The notes beneath the pieces are model-generated. The model did no database searches, was not told the DNA's origin, and was given only the letters and a program-made list of their open reading frames with translations. Both the position numbers and the translations under genes were made by a program. 64,000 bases of DNA from Emiliania huxleyi CCMP1516 (taxonomy: Eukaryota), in contig NW_005201192.1 in assembly GCF_000372725.1 (NCBI RefSeq), positions 434,001 to 498,000 on the forward strand, given 5' to 3'. Positions 1 to 10,135 of this stretch are shown piece after piece; the first letter of the stretch is position 1, and each line of letters opens with the position of its first letter.

Positions 1-787
1 AAGGGAGGGATGGGAGGACGGCACGCCGCCACCACACAGGGATTTTAAGAAGAGGGGTGTGGTGCGCTAGCCGTCGCCCACCCTTGGGCGTCCGCCTCTT
101 CCTATGATCCTATCTCTCTTCGCAGTCTCTCTCCGATTCTCGCTAGGGGAGATTCCCCCCAAAAAGAAAGAAAACGGACAACCCAAGGGAGGGATGGGAG
201 GACGGCACGCCGCCACCACACAGGGATTTTAAGAAGAGGGGTGTGGTGCGCTAGCCGTCGCCCACCCTTGGTTGGGCGTCCGCCTCTTCCTATGATCCTA
301 TCTCTCTTCGCAGTCTCTCTCCGATTCTCGCTAAGGGAGATTCCCCCAAAGAAAGAAAGAAAACGGACAACCCAAGGGAGGGATGGGAGGACGGCACGCC
401 GCCACCACACAGGGATTTTAAGAAGAGGGGTGTGGTGCGCTAGCCGTCGCCCACCCTTGGGCGTCCGCCTCTTCCTATGATCCTATCTCTCTTCGCAGTC
501 TCTCTCCGATTCTCGCTAGGGGAGATTCCCCCCAAAGAAAGAAAGAAAACGGACAACCCAAGGGAGGGATGGGAGGACGGCACGCCGCCACCACACAGGG
601 ATTTTAAGAAGAGGGGTGTGGTGCGCTAGCCGTCGCCCACCCTTGGGCGTCCGCCTCTTCCTATGATCCTATCTCTCTTCGCAGTCTCTCTCCGATTCTC
701 GCTAGGGGAGATTCCCCCCAAAGAAAGAAAGAAAACGGACAACCCAAGGGAGGGATGGGAGGACGGCACGCCGCCACCACACAGGGA
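1..787 (+). repeat. Tandem satellite, ~185-bp unit (>=4.2 copies, runs off the window start)
   Basis: The unit AAGGGAGGGATGGGAGGACGGCACGCCGCCACCACACAGGG... restarts at 1, 185, 374, 560 and 746 and is near-identical each time. Dispersed monomers occur at ~34240-34393 (+) and ~45222-45425 (-). Confidence 0.97.
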
Positions 788-824
788 GTTCGTGATTTTT
801 TTCTGCGCGCCCCTTTCGAACAGT

Positions 825-1630
825 ATGCCGGCCGCCGCTGCTGAGCACAAGCGGAAACTGGAGACGCTGCTGGAGCTGCGCGAGACCCGGCCCGAGTCGG
901 AGGCCAAGCGCCTCGCCGCCTCGCTGCAGGAGCTGCAGGCTTGCTCCGACACTCTCATCCAATCGCAGCGTGCCGAGATTGAGTCCCTGCGCGAGGCGGC
1001 GGCGGCGGCCGCCGCCTCCGCGCCAGAGTTGGCGGCGGCAAGCGGCGGCGGCGCCGAGGCGGAGCGGCTGGCGGCGGAGAACGCGCAGCTGCGTGCGCAG
1101 CTCGAGGCGCTCGAGCACACGACCGCCATCTACATGACCCTGACTGGCGTCACGGTGCGGCTCGAGGCCGGCGGCCAGACGGCGACGTGCGAGTGCCGCG
1201 GAGAGGAGCGGACGCACGCGTTCACGGTGGACACACAGCCCGAGGACGGCGACGAGGGCGAGATCGGATACGCGCCTGCGCCCGGAGCCGTCGGCTGTCC
1301 AGGCACACCTCTTACATACGCACATGCATGCACATGCACATGCATACATGCACAACATGCACATGCACATGCACATGCACATGGCATGCAACATGTGCAT
1401 GCACATGTGCTTGCACATGTTGTAACGTTTGCACAGGTGGCCACTCTCTGAGACCTGAGCGGAGCCGTCTCTTTTGTGTAGGCCTTCCCGACTACCTGCT
1501 TGACGAGCTCATTTTCGAGCGGGAGCAGGCGCCCGCCCTCCTCGTCAAGGTGATGGAGGCGGTCGGCGGCGGCAAGGCGCCGCACACGCCGCGCTCCTCC
1601 CGCCGCTCGTCCATCATGTCGAATGCGTGA
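825..1630 (+). CDS. CSM1: Monopolin subunit Csm1/Pcs1 (Titan9-like): coiled coil + RWD domain; 2 exons (825-1302, 1482-1630)
   Basis: The N-terminal coiled coil is followed by IYMTLTGV...IGYAP...GLPDYLLDELIFEREQAPALLVKV, which matches the Csm1 signature as I recall it (LY..LTG ... Y.P ... LPDYL.EEI.F). The GC-AG intron 1303-1481 restores the frame. Confidence 0.75.
1313..1420. repeat. (CACATG)n microsatellite in the Csm1 intron; the same motif occurs at ~11009-11062
   Basis: Seen directly in the sequence. Confidence 0.9.
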
Positions 1631-2103
1631 GGTGGGGTCTGTGTGGAGGCGCCGGTGCTGTCGGAGGTGCGCGCGGTCCTGTCTCAGACGCTTGCTTGAG
1701 GCAATCAGGGAAGGAAGTTGGGCGAGAGAGCTGCAGACTTGTCGGACAGGTCAAGCTAGGGCGGCCGCGAGCTAGCTAGGCCGCGAGAGCCCGCGAAGGC
1801 ATACCGCGCCGCCAGGCACTCTTGATTCCACTTGGACGCGGAAACACCTTCCCGCGTCTAGTCCGATGTGACGTTTGTGTTAGACAATAGAGTTCAAGCG
1901 ACGAATATCCGCCCTCTCGTTGTATCATTTACAGATTACACGCCGATGTCGGGCGGGGGGCGCACACAGCGTGTGGGGGCTGGGGGGGGGGTTGGGGCAT
2001 GGGGGGGGGGGCATGCCGCATGGCTGCCCGGGCCGCGGCTTGCGCGTTGCGCGCAGGGCGATGGCAACCGATGCCCGATGGAGCGCTTGTGGCGGGAGCG
2101 GCC

Positions 2104-2548
2104 GCACACTGCTCGGTACCCCCCCTGCACATCTAAAGCCATGGGCGACCACCCGCCCCCCCACCGCCCAAGCCCCAGCAGCAGAGCTCTGCCGCTCTGG
2201 GGTGGTGCAGTGTGCAAACTTTACCGGTATGAGAGACTGGTATTTGGCGATATTTTGATTAGTTTTGGAGTGGTATGNNNNNNNNNNNNNNNNNNNNNNN
2301 NNNNNNNNNNNNNNNNNNNNNNNNNNNNNNNNNNNNNNNNNNNNNNNNNNNNNNNNNNNNNNNNNNNNNNNNNNNNNGGGGGCCCCCCCCCCCCCCCCCC
2401 CCAGCAGCAGCGCTTTGTTGCTGGGGGGGTCGGGACCCCGGGACGCCCCCCCAGCAGCAGAGCGCTGCTGCTTGGGGGGTCAGACCCCCCCCCCCCTAGC
2501 AGCAGGGAGATGGCTTTAGATGTGCAGGGGGGGTACCGAGCAGTGTGC
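2104..2548. mobile_element. TIR element (MITE-like) spanning an assembly gap
   Basis: A ~38-bp inverted repeat CACACTGCTCGGTACCCCCCCTGCACATCTAAAGCCAT (2105-2142) has its reverse complement at 2510-2547. Internal CCCCAGCAGCAG subrepeats are present. No TSD seen. Confidence 0.6.
2278..2377. other. Assembly gap (100 N)
   Basis: Run of N. Confidence 1.
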
Positions 2549-3027
2549 CACACATTGTGTGCGCGCCGCTCCGGCGACGCGCGGGCACACGCGCGGCCGT
2601 CGCGCTCGCGCGGCGCGCGCGCGCGCGCGCGGGCAGGACGCGCCGACGGACCCCGCGGAGCGAGACCCGGCGGCGGGCCGGCGGCGCCGCCCCCCCGCGG
2701 CCGCCCGGGCCGACAGCCCGATACACGACACGGGGGCCCATCGCGGGCCCCGCGTGTCCCCCGGGCCCCGGTCCCCCCGCCGACGCCCGTCGCCCGAGCG
2801 CCGACCCGAGGGATTTTTTGGTTTTTGCATTTTTGGTGGTGTTTTTTCGTGCGCATTATTTAAAATGCTTGGTTATATTTTATCGCGCATGGCCATGGGC
2901 CCCATGGTTTTCATGCTCTCTCTCTCAGTGTGTCTCGGAGAGAGGAGAGTTCGTCTCTCTCTCAATAAGCACAACTCTCTCGAACTCTCGATTCTTGCAC
3001 GTCACAAGTGTAGAGTGGCTACCCCCC

Positions 3028-6000
3028 TCACGCCTCAGTCCTTCCGGCGGCGGCCGCACTGCGCGCGAGCGGCGGCGCAGCGACTCGCGGCGCGGGAGGC
3101 GCCGCGGCTCCCGACATCGCCGGTGGCGCCTCCGGCACCCCCACCGTCGCAGGCAAGGCGATCGGCGTCTCGTCCGCAGCGACCGCGGCAGCCGGCTCGC
3201 TCCCTGTCGGCTGGGTCGGCTGGGTCGGCTGCACTCGCGTGTGCGAGCCGGCGAGCGCAGAGCCTCGCAGCTGCGCGCCGATGGCGCCGACGAAGCCGTC
3301 GTGCTTCAGAAAGAGGGGCTGCACGCGGCCGCCAGAGTAGAAGCGGACGGCGGAGGAGATGGTCGCGATGGTGAAGGGGTGGTCGCGGATGAAGGAGCCT
3401 GCGGGGGCGGGAGTGGGGCGGGGGAGAGGCGGGTGTGGAGGAGGAGGCGGTCGCGGAGGAGGCGGCGGTGGAGGGCGACGTGAGCGGCGGCGGAGCCGGA
3501 GGAGGGGCTTGCGAGGCTCGAGGGCGCCTCCGAAGACGATGTGTCGCAGCCCCGCCTGCTGCGCCGAGAGGGTGGACACGTGGCCGATGTTGTTGGACAC
3601 CATCCGCAGCAGCGAGAGCGCGACGTCGTGCGCTCGGAAGGAGCCGCACCTGCGAGTCGAGTGTCCAGAGTCTCGGAAGGGTCTCGGAAGTGTCGCGCAA
3701 GGAGCCCCTCGCATAGAGGTGGGCCTCTCGCGCCAAGCAGCGTCCCTGGGCAGTGTCTCTGAACTGTCTCTGAAGTGTGTCTCTGAACTGTGTCGGGAGC
3801 TGTGTCGGGAAGTGTCTCGGCGGTTGCCACGAGGAGAGTGCCGCACATCGCCATCGACGCGGCGCGCGACTCCGCCAGCCGGACGAGGCCCACCCGCTGC
3901 GCCGCCAGCCGGAGCAGAGGCACCGAGTTGACGACAGCTAGCACCACCAGCCAGAAGCCCTCCTCGTAGTGCCGCAGCAGCGCGCGCAGGTAGCGCACGA
4001 GGAACATCAGCCCGCGCGACCGCTTCACCTCGCGCCGCATCGTCACCTGCCGGGGCGGCGGTCGCAGTCCGAAAGTGCGGCCGCACCGCTGCACTTCTCG
4101 CTGCGCTTCTCGCTCCCTCTCTCTCGCTCCGTCTCTCTGCGTCTCTCTGCGTGTCTCCGCCGCCTTGCCGAAGGAGGCGGCGATGACGTCCCCGCGGAGG
4201 CCGAGCGACGGGCAGTCGCCTCCGTAGATGTCGCCGACGAGCATGTCGATGTTGGCCGACGCGCCGCTCTGCGTGAGGCGAATCACCTGCGGCACGACGG
4301 CGCAGCCTCGTCGTGCGAGGGGGTGACACACTGCCGCGTCGCGCCGCGCCTCTCGTCTCGCGTCTCTCGGCCGCACCTCGTCGAAAGTGGCGCACGAGGT
4401 CAGCAGCCGCACCAGGCCCCAAAAGGTGGAGCCGCCGAGCGATGAGCCGCCCATGCGGCGGTAGGTGCTGCTACCTCCTCCGCCGTCTCCTCCGCCGCCT
4501 CCTCCTCCGCCTCCTCCGCCCTCCTGCCGCACCTCGAGGATGGAGACGCCCGAGCCGATGGAGACATACAGGTAGTCGCTCGGCGGCGTGTCGAGGGTGA
4601 CAAAGTGGCGCGCCTTCGTCCACCGCATCTCACTCTTCAGGCCGCTCCGTCCGGTCGTGTGTCGGAGGGCGCGAGGAGGCGAGCCGTCATCTGGTACGCC
4701 TCGGAGGTCGCCATCGGAGAGTTTGCGACCTGCGGCAGCGTGTAGACCTCGCCGCTCGTGCAGCCGCCTCGGTGGGCGTTGCGCAGCAGGAAGTGGAGCC
4801 CCGTCACTATGCAGCTCATCTCCTCGCCGACGTCGAGCTGCACGCCTGGCAGCCGGAGGTGCAGCCGGAGGTGCAGCCGAGGTGCAGCCGAGGTGCAGCC
4901 GAGGTGCAGCCGAGGTGCAGCCGAGGTGCAGCCGAGGTGCAGCCGAGGTGCAGCCGAGGTGCAGCCGAGGTGCAGCCGAGGTGCAGCCGAGCTCCTCTCC
5001 CAGACAGAGTGTGTCGGTCAGCTCCGTCTCGCGCGAGCCAGTCCTCTCGTGCGGGGTCCCGCCTGCGCGGCCGAGCGCCTCGGCGTGCTTGTACGCGCCG
5101 CCGCCCGTCGCGCGCATGACTATCGGGGAGGGGCCGCGCCCCTCGGCGGAGCACCTGGCGGGAGGGGGCGGGAGTGGCGGCGGGAGGGAGCGGGAGGCGG
5201 GGGGAGGCGGCGGGAGGGGGAGGGGTCTGGTACGTGCAACAGGCGTGTGACTCGGAGCCGTGCCGGAAGGGAGGCGTGCGGCGGGCGGCGTGGCGGCGTG
5301 CGGTGTGCGGCGTGCGCCGTGGCGGGTGGCGGTGTGCGGCGTGGCGGCGTGGCGGTCACATGGCTGGCAGGTTCTATGATATGAGAATGTATCCGGCGTG
5401 GCGGTCACATGGCTGGCAGGTTCTGGTGGATGAGCTCGATGATGTCGTCCATGTAGCGGGTCTGAGCGTGGGGGTGGGGGTGGGGTGGGGGTGGGCGAGA
5501 GTGTGAGGGTGGGGAAGGAGGGCGAGGCTCAGAGGGCGAGGGCGAGGGCTGGGGATGAGGGAGAGGTGGTGCGGGGGAGAGAGAAGAGAGGCGGCAGGGG
5601 CAGAGAGACGAAAGAGAGCACAGTGCGCAGCCCTGAGGGTTCGGAGGTAACCTCTTATCGCACATCTCCGCCACACATCGCGGCATCTCGGCGGTATCTC
5701 GCCCCGCCTCAAACGTGAAGAAGTAGAGGTCGCCCCCGAGCGCGGGCACGTAGATGGACAGCTCGCGCTGCGCCTGGAGAGAAAGGTCATGAGAAGGTTC
5801 CGGGAAGGTACACTCGTCGCACAACCACGCAGAGCTCGCGCTGCCTCGGCGATGAGCGGCTCCGACGCGCCCTGCGCCTCATCGCGCGGCTGGAATACCA
5901 CGATCTTGGCCAAGGTGCCTATGGCGCGAGAGCAGCAGCTGCGTGCTTGAATCATCAGCACAGAATCGTGGTGCGAAGCGGCGAGTGCGGCCGGCCGGAC

Positions 6001-6317
6001 GCACGGCGGCGCGTGGTGTGGCGGACACGCGGCGTCTGTGCGAGGAGCGCTTGCCACCCTGGCGGCGCTGGCGTGGAGCGCGGCTCGGCAGTGGCAGGCA
6101 GCAGCGAACCTCCGATGTCGACTGACACGAGGTCCTTGCAGCCTTCGGTGGTGAGCTGGCGCAGCAGGCGGAGCGCCGACTGTCGCGCGAGCGGCTCAAA
6201 CGGGCGCCGCGGATGCGGGTCGAAGTTGCGCGCGGATGCGAGCGACGCGAAGGCGATGCACAGCACTACCCGACACAACATCGGCATGGCGATGCACAGC
6301 ACCCGACATACACACAT
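3028..6317 (-). CDS. PANK: Type II (eukaryotic/fumble) pantothenate kinase, multi-exon
   Basis: Exon motifs in order: VSVDIGG|TLAKIVVF, GGDLYFFTFE, ATGGGAYK, EEMSCIVTGLHFLL, YVSIGSGVSIL, GGSSLGGSTFWGL, DMLVGDIYGGD, IAASFGK, SLLRMVSNNIG, IVFGG|SFIRDHP, FLKHDGFVGAIGA. The start codon is uncertain. Confidence 0.93.
4850..4990. repeat. 11-bp minisatellite (GCAGCCGAGGT)n inside a PanK intron
   Basis: Seen directly; related (CTCGGCTGCAT)n array at 49645-49763. Confidence 0.95.
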
Positions 6318-6469
6318 GGCGAAGTGAAGAATTCGTGTTTGTCTGTTTTCTTTCTTTCTTTCTTGCCGTGCGGCAGCGTGCCCATTTCAGACAGCGGCTC
6401 GCCGAGCACCGGCGAGCTTCCACCTCCCAAAAAACGCGAAATATCGCCGCTGGAGATATATGGTCGGCC

Positions 6470-7695
6470 CTGAGGGCCGGGTAGGAGGGGTCTAGGTTAC
6501 CTCTACCTCTGAGGGCCTGCGGCCCTCTTACCTTTACCTCTGGGCAGCCGTGGGCCCTTTACCTCTACCTCTGAGCGACGTAGGACCATGATTTACCTTT
6601 GCGTGATCTCTCGTGTCTCGAGCGGAGTGATAACTGATATCTCTCGTGTCTCGAGTGATCTCGATAATATGTGATCTCGATGCAGCTATCTGCGATTTCC
6701 ACTCGCCGGCTCGTAGAGAAGAGAAAATACAAACAATGCGCAGCCGCACGAGTGTTTCTGAGATGTGCCCGCCATCCATGCACCATGGTTGGGCGCGCAA
6801 GGACGAAGAAAATTTTGGATGTCGAGAGCCTTTTCTAATAAGAAAATGGCTTCTCCTCGGCGCCATACCGCTTTTCGGCGCACAGCGGAGTTCGCAAACC
6901 TGGCATGCTGCCTTCCCTTCTACGTACACCTTCAGAATGGAGGCAAACCTCAGCGCAGGGCTCAGCTGTGCCCAGACCAAGATCCAAGTCGATTTGTACC
7001 ATAAAGTTGGTAGACAGTGCCAAAACCACGGAATCGAAAATGGCTCTTAAATTCGCGCACCTGGTGTCCGCACTGCCGCATGGTGCGAGCCGCCACTCAT
7101 GAGAAGGTCTCCGCTGCGATACTTTTGCTGTCTGCGTCAATGCAGCATCCCATCGAGCGCGTCACTATGACCTGACCCCTCTGATAACCGACGTCGCCAA
7201 CGGCAAGCCTGCGTCCGTGTTGCATATGTTCTCCAGTCATGTTCGTATTGCGGTGGATTGCCAATTCGAGCCACTCGAGCAATCATGCACAATCAATGCG
7301 CCGAGAGACGCAGATTCTTTGCACCGCGCGGGTTAGCAGGCAGGCAGCAAGGTCAAGTGGTCGCGGCACTGGCCATTCGCGATGCGGTAGGTGATGCGAT
7401 CAGCCGTCGGCAAGCGGCGGTGAAGCCTGGTCCATGGCCGGGCAGGCGCGCCGCAAGGCGAAGCGCTCTCGCGGGGGCCTTGGTCGTCCCGCCTCAGAGG
7501 ACAGAGCCCTCGGCGGGTTACGTTCACGGGCGTACGTTTACCTGGCCTCACGTGGTTTCCGTTTACCTCTACTCCGGCGGTCTGAGACAGGTTTACCTTT
7601 ACCTGAGGCCCCCCACGCCAGCCCTACCTTTACCTGAGGCCCCCCACGCCAGCCCTACCTCTACCTGCGCCCCCGCCCTCAGAGGACAGAGCCGA
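6470..7695. other. Lower-GC segment bounded by clusters of TTTACCT/CTACCT motifs (possible TE relic)
   Basis: Motif clusters at 6497-6600 and 7535-7670; CCTCAGAGGACAGAGCC duplicated at ~7492 and ~7677. No recognisable protein. Confidence 0.35.
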
Positions 7696-8048
7696 ATATG
7701 GACCATCTCGGGTTCGTCGAGAGAGAGATTTTTAGCATAGTTGGTTCGTCGTCGGCAGCGGAGATGATGCTCGCCAGCACGGCCCGCCGTTGGGCGTGGT
7801 TTTGTGCGATCATGCTGCGCGTCGCGCATGGCGTCGCGACGGCAATCGCGTAACGGAGGGCCGGCTTTTTCCGCTGCACGAACTGCATGTCTGCATCCTC
7901 TCTCAGTCGTGGCTCGGCTTTGATGCAGCTTTGATGGCTTCTCCCGCCTTCCTACCCGTCCCTTTTTTTTTTTCACGTGCTGGCACGGATACAGAATACG
8001 CCCACCGCCCACAGGGCGCTCTCGGTCAACAAAGGGGGGGGGGGGCAC

Positions 8049-9059
8049 TCATTTCAGCCCCGCCGCCTTTCGAAGGGTTGCCGCCCAAAACGCCTTTGAA
8101 AAGATGGCGGAGGCGAGCTGCTGCCCCTCCTGCTCATTCACCTCGTCGAGCTCGTCGAGCGTGTTGTGCTCGAGGATGCGCCGCCCCCTCCCCTCCGACA
8201 CCCACCCCTCCGCAAACTCGCACGCGGCCGCCACAAGGTCAGAGCCCTCCTCCACCAGCACATCCACAAAGCCCAGCCTCGCCGCCTCGGCGGCGCTCAG
8301 CTTCTCGCCCTCGTCAAGCATGCGGCGCGCGCCCTCGCTGCCCATCTTTTGAGCAAACGTGAGGGTCGAGCAGCCCTCCTTTGTGATGCCAAGCTTCTTG
8401 AACGGCGTGTGGAACGTGGCGCCCGGGGCGGCCAACACGGCATCGCACAGGAGCTGCATCGTCGTACCGCCGCCGACGGCGGGGCCGTTGGCGGCGATGA
8501 AGAGCGGCTTGGGAAAGTGGATGAACGGGTGGAAGATGCCGACGTTCAGGCGAGCAACCTGCGAGTGGAGGACAGAGGGCCAGTTGACCTTGTCCACCCC
8601 GACATCGAAGAATGCGGCCCCGCTGGACAGGTACCGGCCGCTGCCGGTGAGCACGACGGCGTCCACGGCGGGGCTTGACGCAGCCTCAGCAAACAGTTGC
8701 GTCAACCTGCTGAGGGTCGTAACGTTGAGCGGATTGAGCTTCTCGGGCTGGTTCAGGGTCCAGACAGCCACGCGGCCGCGCAGCTCGATCGTGATTGCGC
8801 CCGTGTTGTCGGCGGCCTTGGAGCCGCTCGCTTCCCGCCGGTGCTGCTCCAGCGCCGGCGGGTAAAGCGCTTCCCGGGAGCAGCGCTCTCCCATTTTGGC
8901 GAGGAAGTCGGACGGCGGCGCCGGCTCCAGCGCAGGCGCAGGCTGCGGCGCCGTGGACAACCAGCGAGCCCGTGGAGCCGAGAGCGTAAGAGGCGCCCTG
9001 GAAACGAAGCGGGCAGCCGGGAGACGCGACAAGCGGGCGGCTGTGTTGATCGACGCCAT
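8049..9059 (-). CDS. Crotonase-family enoyl-CoA delta-isomerase/hydratase (ECI2-like), mitochondrial-type presequence, intronless
   Basis: TLNQPEKLNPL, LTGSGRYLSSG, FPKPLFIAANGPAVGGG, FHTPFKKLGITKEGCST, LSAAEAARLGFV; Arg/Ser/Ala-rich N-terminus ending RWLST. Confidence 0.9.
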   Translation of the reverse strand: MASINTAARLSRLPAARFVSRAPLTLSAPRARWLSTAPQPAPALEPAPPSDFLAKMGERCSREALYPPALEQHRREASGSKAADNTGAITIELRGRVAVWTLNQPEKLNPLNVTTLSRLTQLFAEAASSPAVDAVVLTGSGRYLSSGAAFFDVGVDKVNWPSVLHSQVARLNVGIFHPFIHFPKPLFIAANGPAVGGGTTMQLLCDAVLAAPGATFHTPFKKLGITKEGCSTLTFAQKMGSEGARRMLDEGEKLSAAEAARLGFVDVLVEEGSDLVAAACEFAEGWVSEGRGRRILEHNTLDELDEVNEQEGQQLASAIFSKAFWAATLRKAAGLK

Positions 9060-9134
9060 TTTTCTGGTGCGATCAGCAGCCTCAGCAGCGGCTCGAGCAG
9101 CACTCCAAGTGCTCCCGCGCAGGTTTTCTTTATT

Positions 9135-9240
9135 TCTTGTTTTGAGAAGGAAATACGTCCTATGGCGCTGTGCGCTGGTCTGTGAGAGGTTGAGGTGCGA
9201 GCCCTGAGACTACCCGCGGGCCTAGAAGGCCCGCGCGCAC
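9135..9240 (+). repeat. Dispersed repeat monomer with GCGGGCCT-AGA-AGGCCCGC hairpin; same family as the array at 55490-55835
   Basis: Shares GAGAAGGAAATAC..TGGCGCTGTGCGCTGGTCT..TTGAGGTGCGAGCCCT..GAGACTACCCGCGGGCCTAGAAGGCCCGCGCGCA with the array. Confidence 0.85.
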
Positions 9241-9558
9241 AGAAACGCAAGCGGAAACACCATCAATCATTCATCAATCATCTATCTTGCTCTCGCTCGG
9301 GCCCACACACACACAAACACAGACATCCCGCCCACTCGCCGTCCCCGCGCGCGCACCGCCCCGGCCGGGAGAAAGGGGAGTCAGTGGCAGTCAGTGGCCA
9401 CAGTCAGTTGCTGTTTGGCACAGTTCGGGACGGCAACAGAACGAGTATCTTGCACTCCCCATTCTGCAAGAATGCAGAGAGAAATGAATGAAAGCCGTCC
9501 ATCTCACAAGTCCGGCTCACGCGCCCCGACTGACCGATCTAACAAAACACAAATCTAG

Positions 9559-10125
9559 CCAGAGCTCACCCGGCAGTACAACGAGGGGTACAAGACTGAC
9601 CTCGCAGAACCCCACGCGGGGCCGGGAGGGTGCGATGACGTGAATGAAATCAAGCTCTGGACGCCCCTCCTCAAGACCTCCTCGCCGGGCGTTGGCAACG
9701 CCTCGAGTGGCGGCACGCCCCCCTCCGTTGGCCACTCCTACGCCTTTGGCAACACCGAAGAGAAGGCCCGCCGCCTAAACATGGGCTGCAAGGCGCGTGG
9801 GCAGCCCGGCCAACCCTTCTCCCACAAGACCGGCCACGGCTACGTCAAGGCGCATCGCGGTTTCTACCACGACGCGATCTTTGTCAAGCGCAACAACTTC
9901 AACCTGCTGCTCCACGAGACGTTCGGCGGCGGCTTCTCGCCCACCGCCGTTCTCAAGCTGCGCCGCCTCGCGCGCAAAGTCGCGCGCGGCAGCGTTGACC
10001 GCACGGCCTACTCGCCCAAGTACTCGCTCTCTTTTATGTCCCACCATGCAGAGAGCATCTCTCTCTCTGTTGTGCGAGGCGTGAACCGCGCCATTCGCTC
10101 TCACCTGGCAACCCTGTCTGACCGC
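9559..10125 (+). mobile_element. 3' fragment of a non-LTR retrotransposon ORF (restriction-like endonuclease, CRE-type)
   Basis: Reads YNEGYKTDLAE...DDVNEIKLW (PD-(D/E)xK-like) ... LLLHETFGGGF...LRRLAR...SFMSHHAESIS, typical of RLE C-termini. No RT upstream. Confidence 0.6.
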
Positions 10126-10135
10126 CCAAATCTGT

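Noticed and set aside
102..800. ORFs of 79-102 aa and the N-terminal part of ORF 663-1451
   Set aside because: They are translations of the 185-bp satellite; the plausible gene start is ATG 825.
3306..5408. 700-aa ORF as one protein
   Set aside because: It is a chain of PanK exons and stop-free GC-rich introns; true motifs switch frames.
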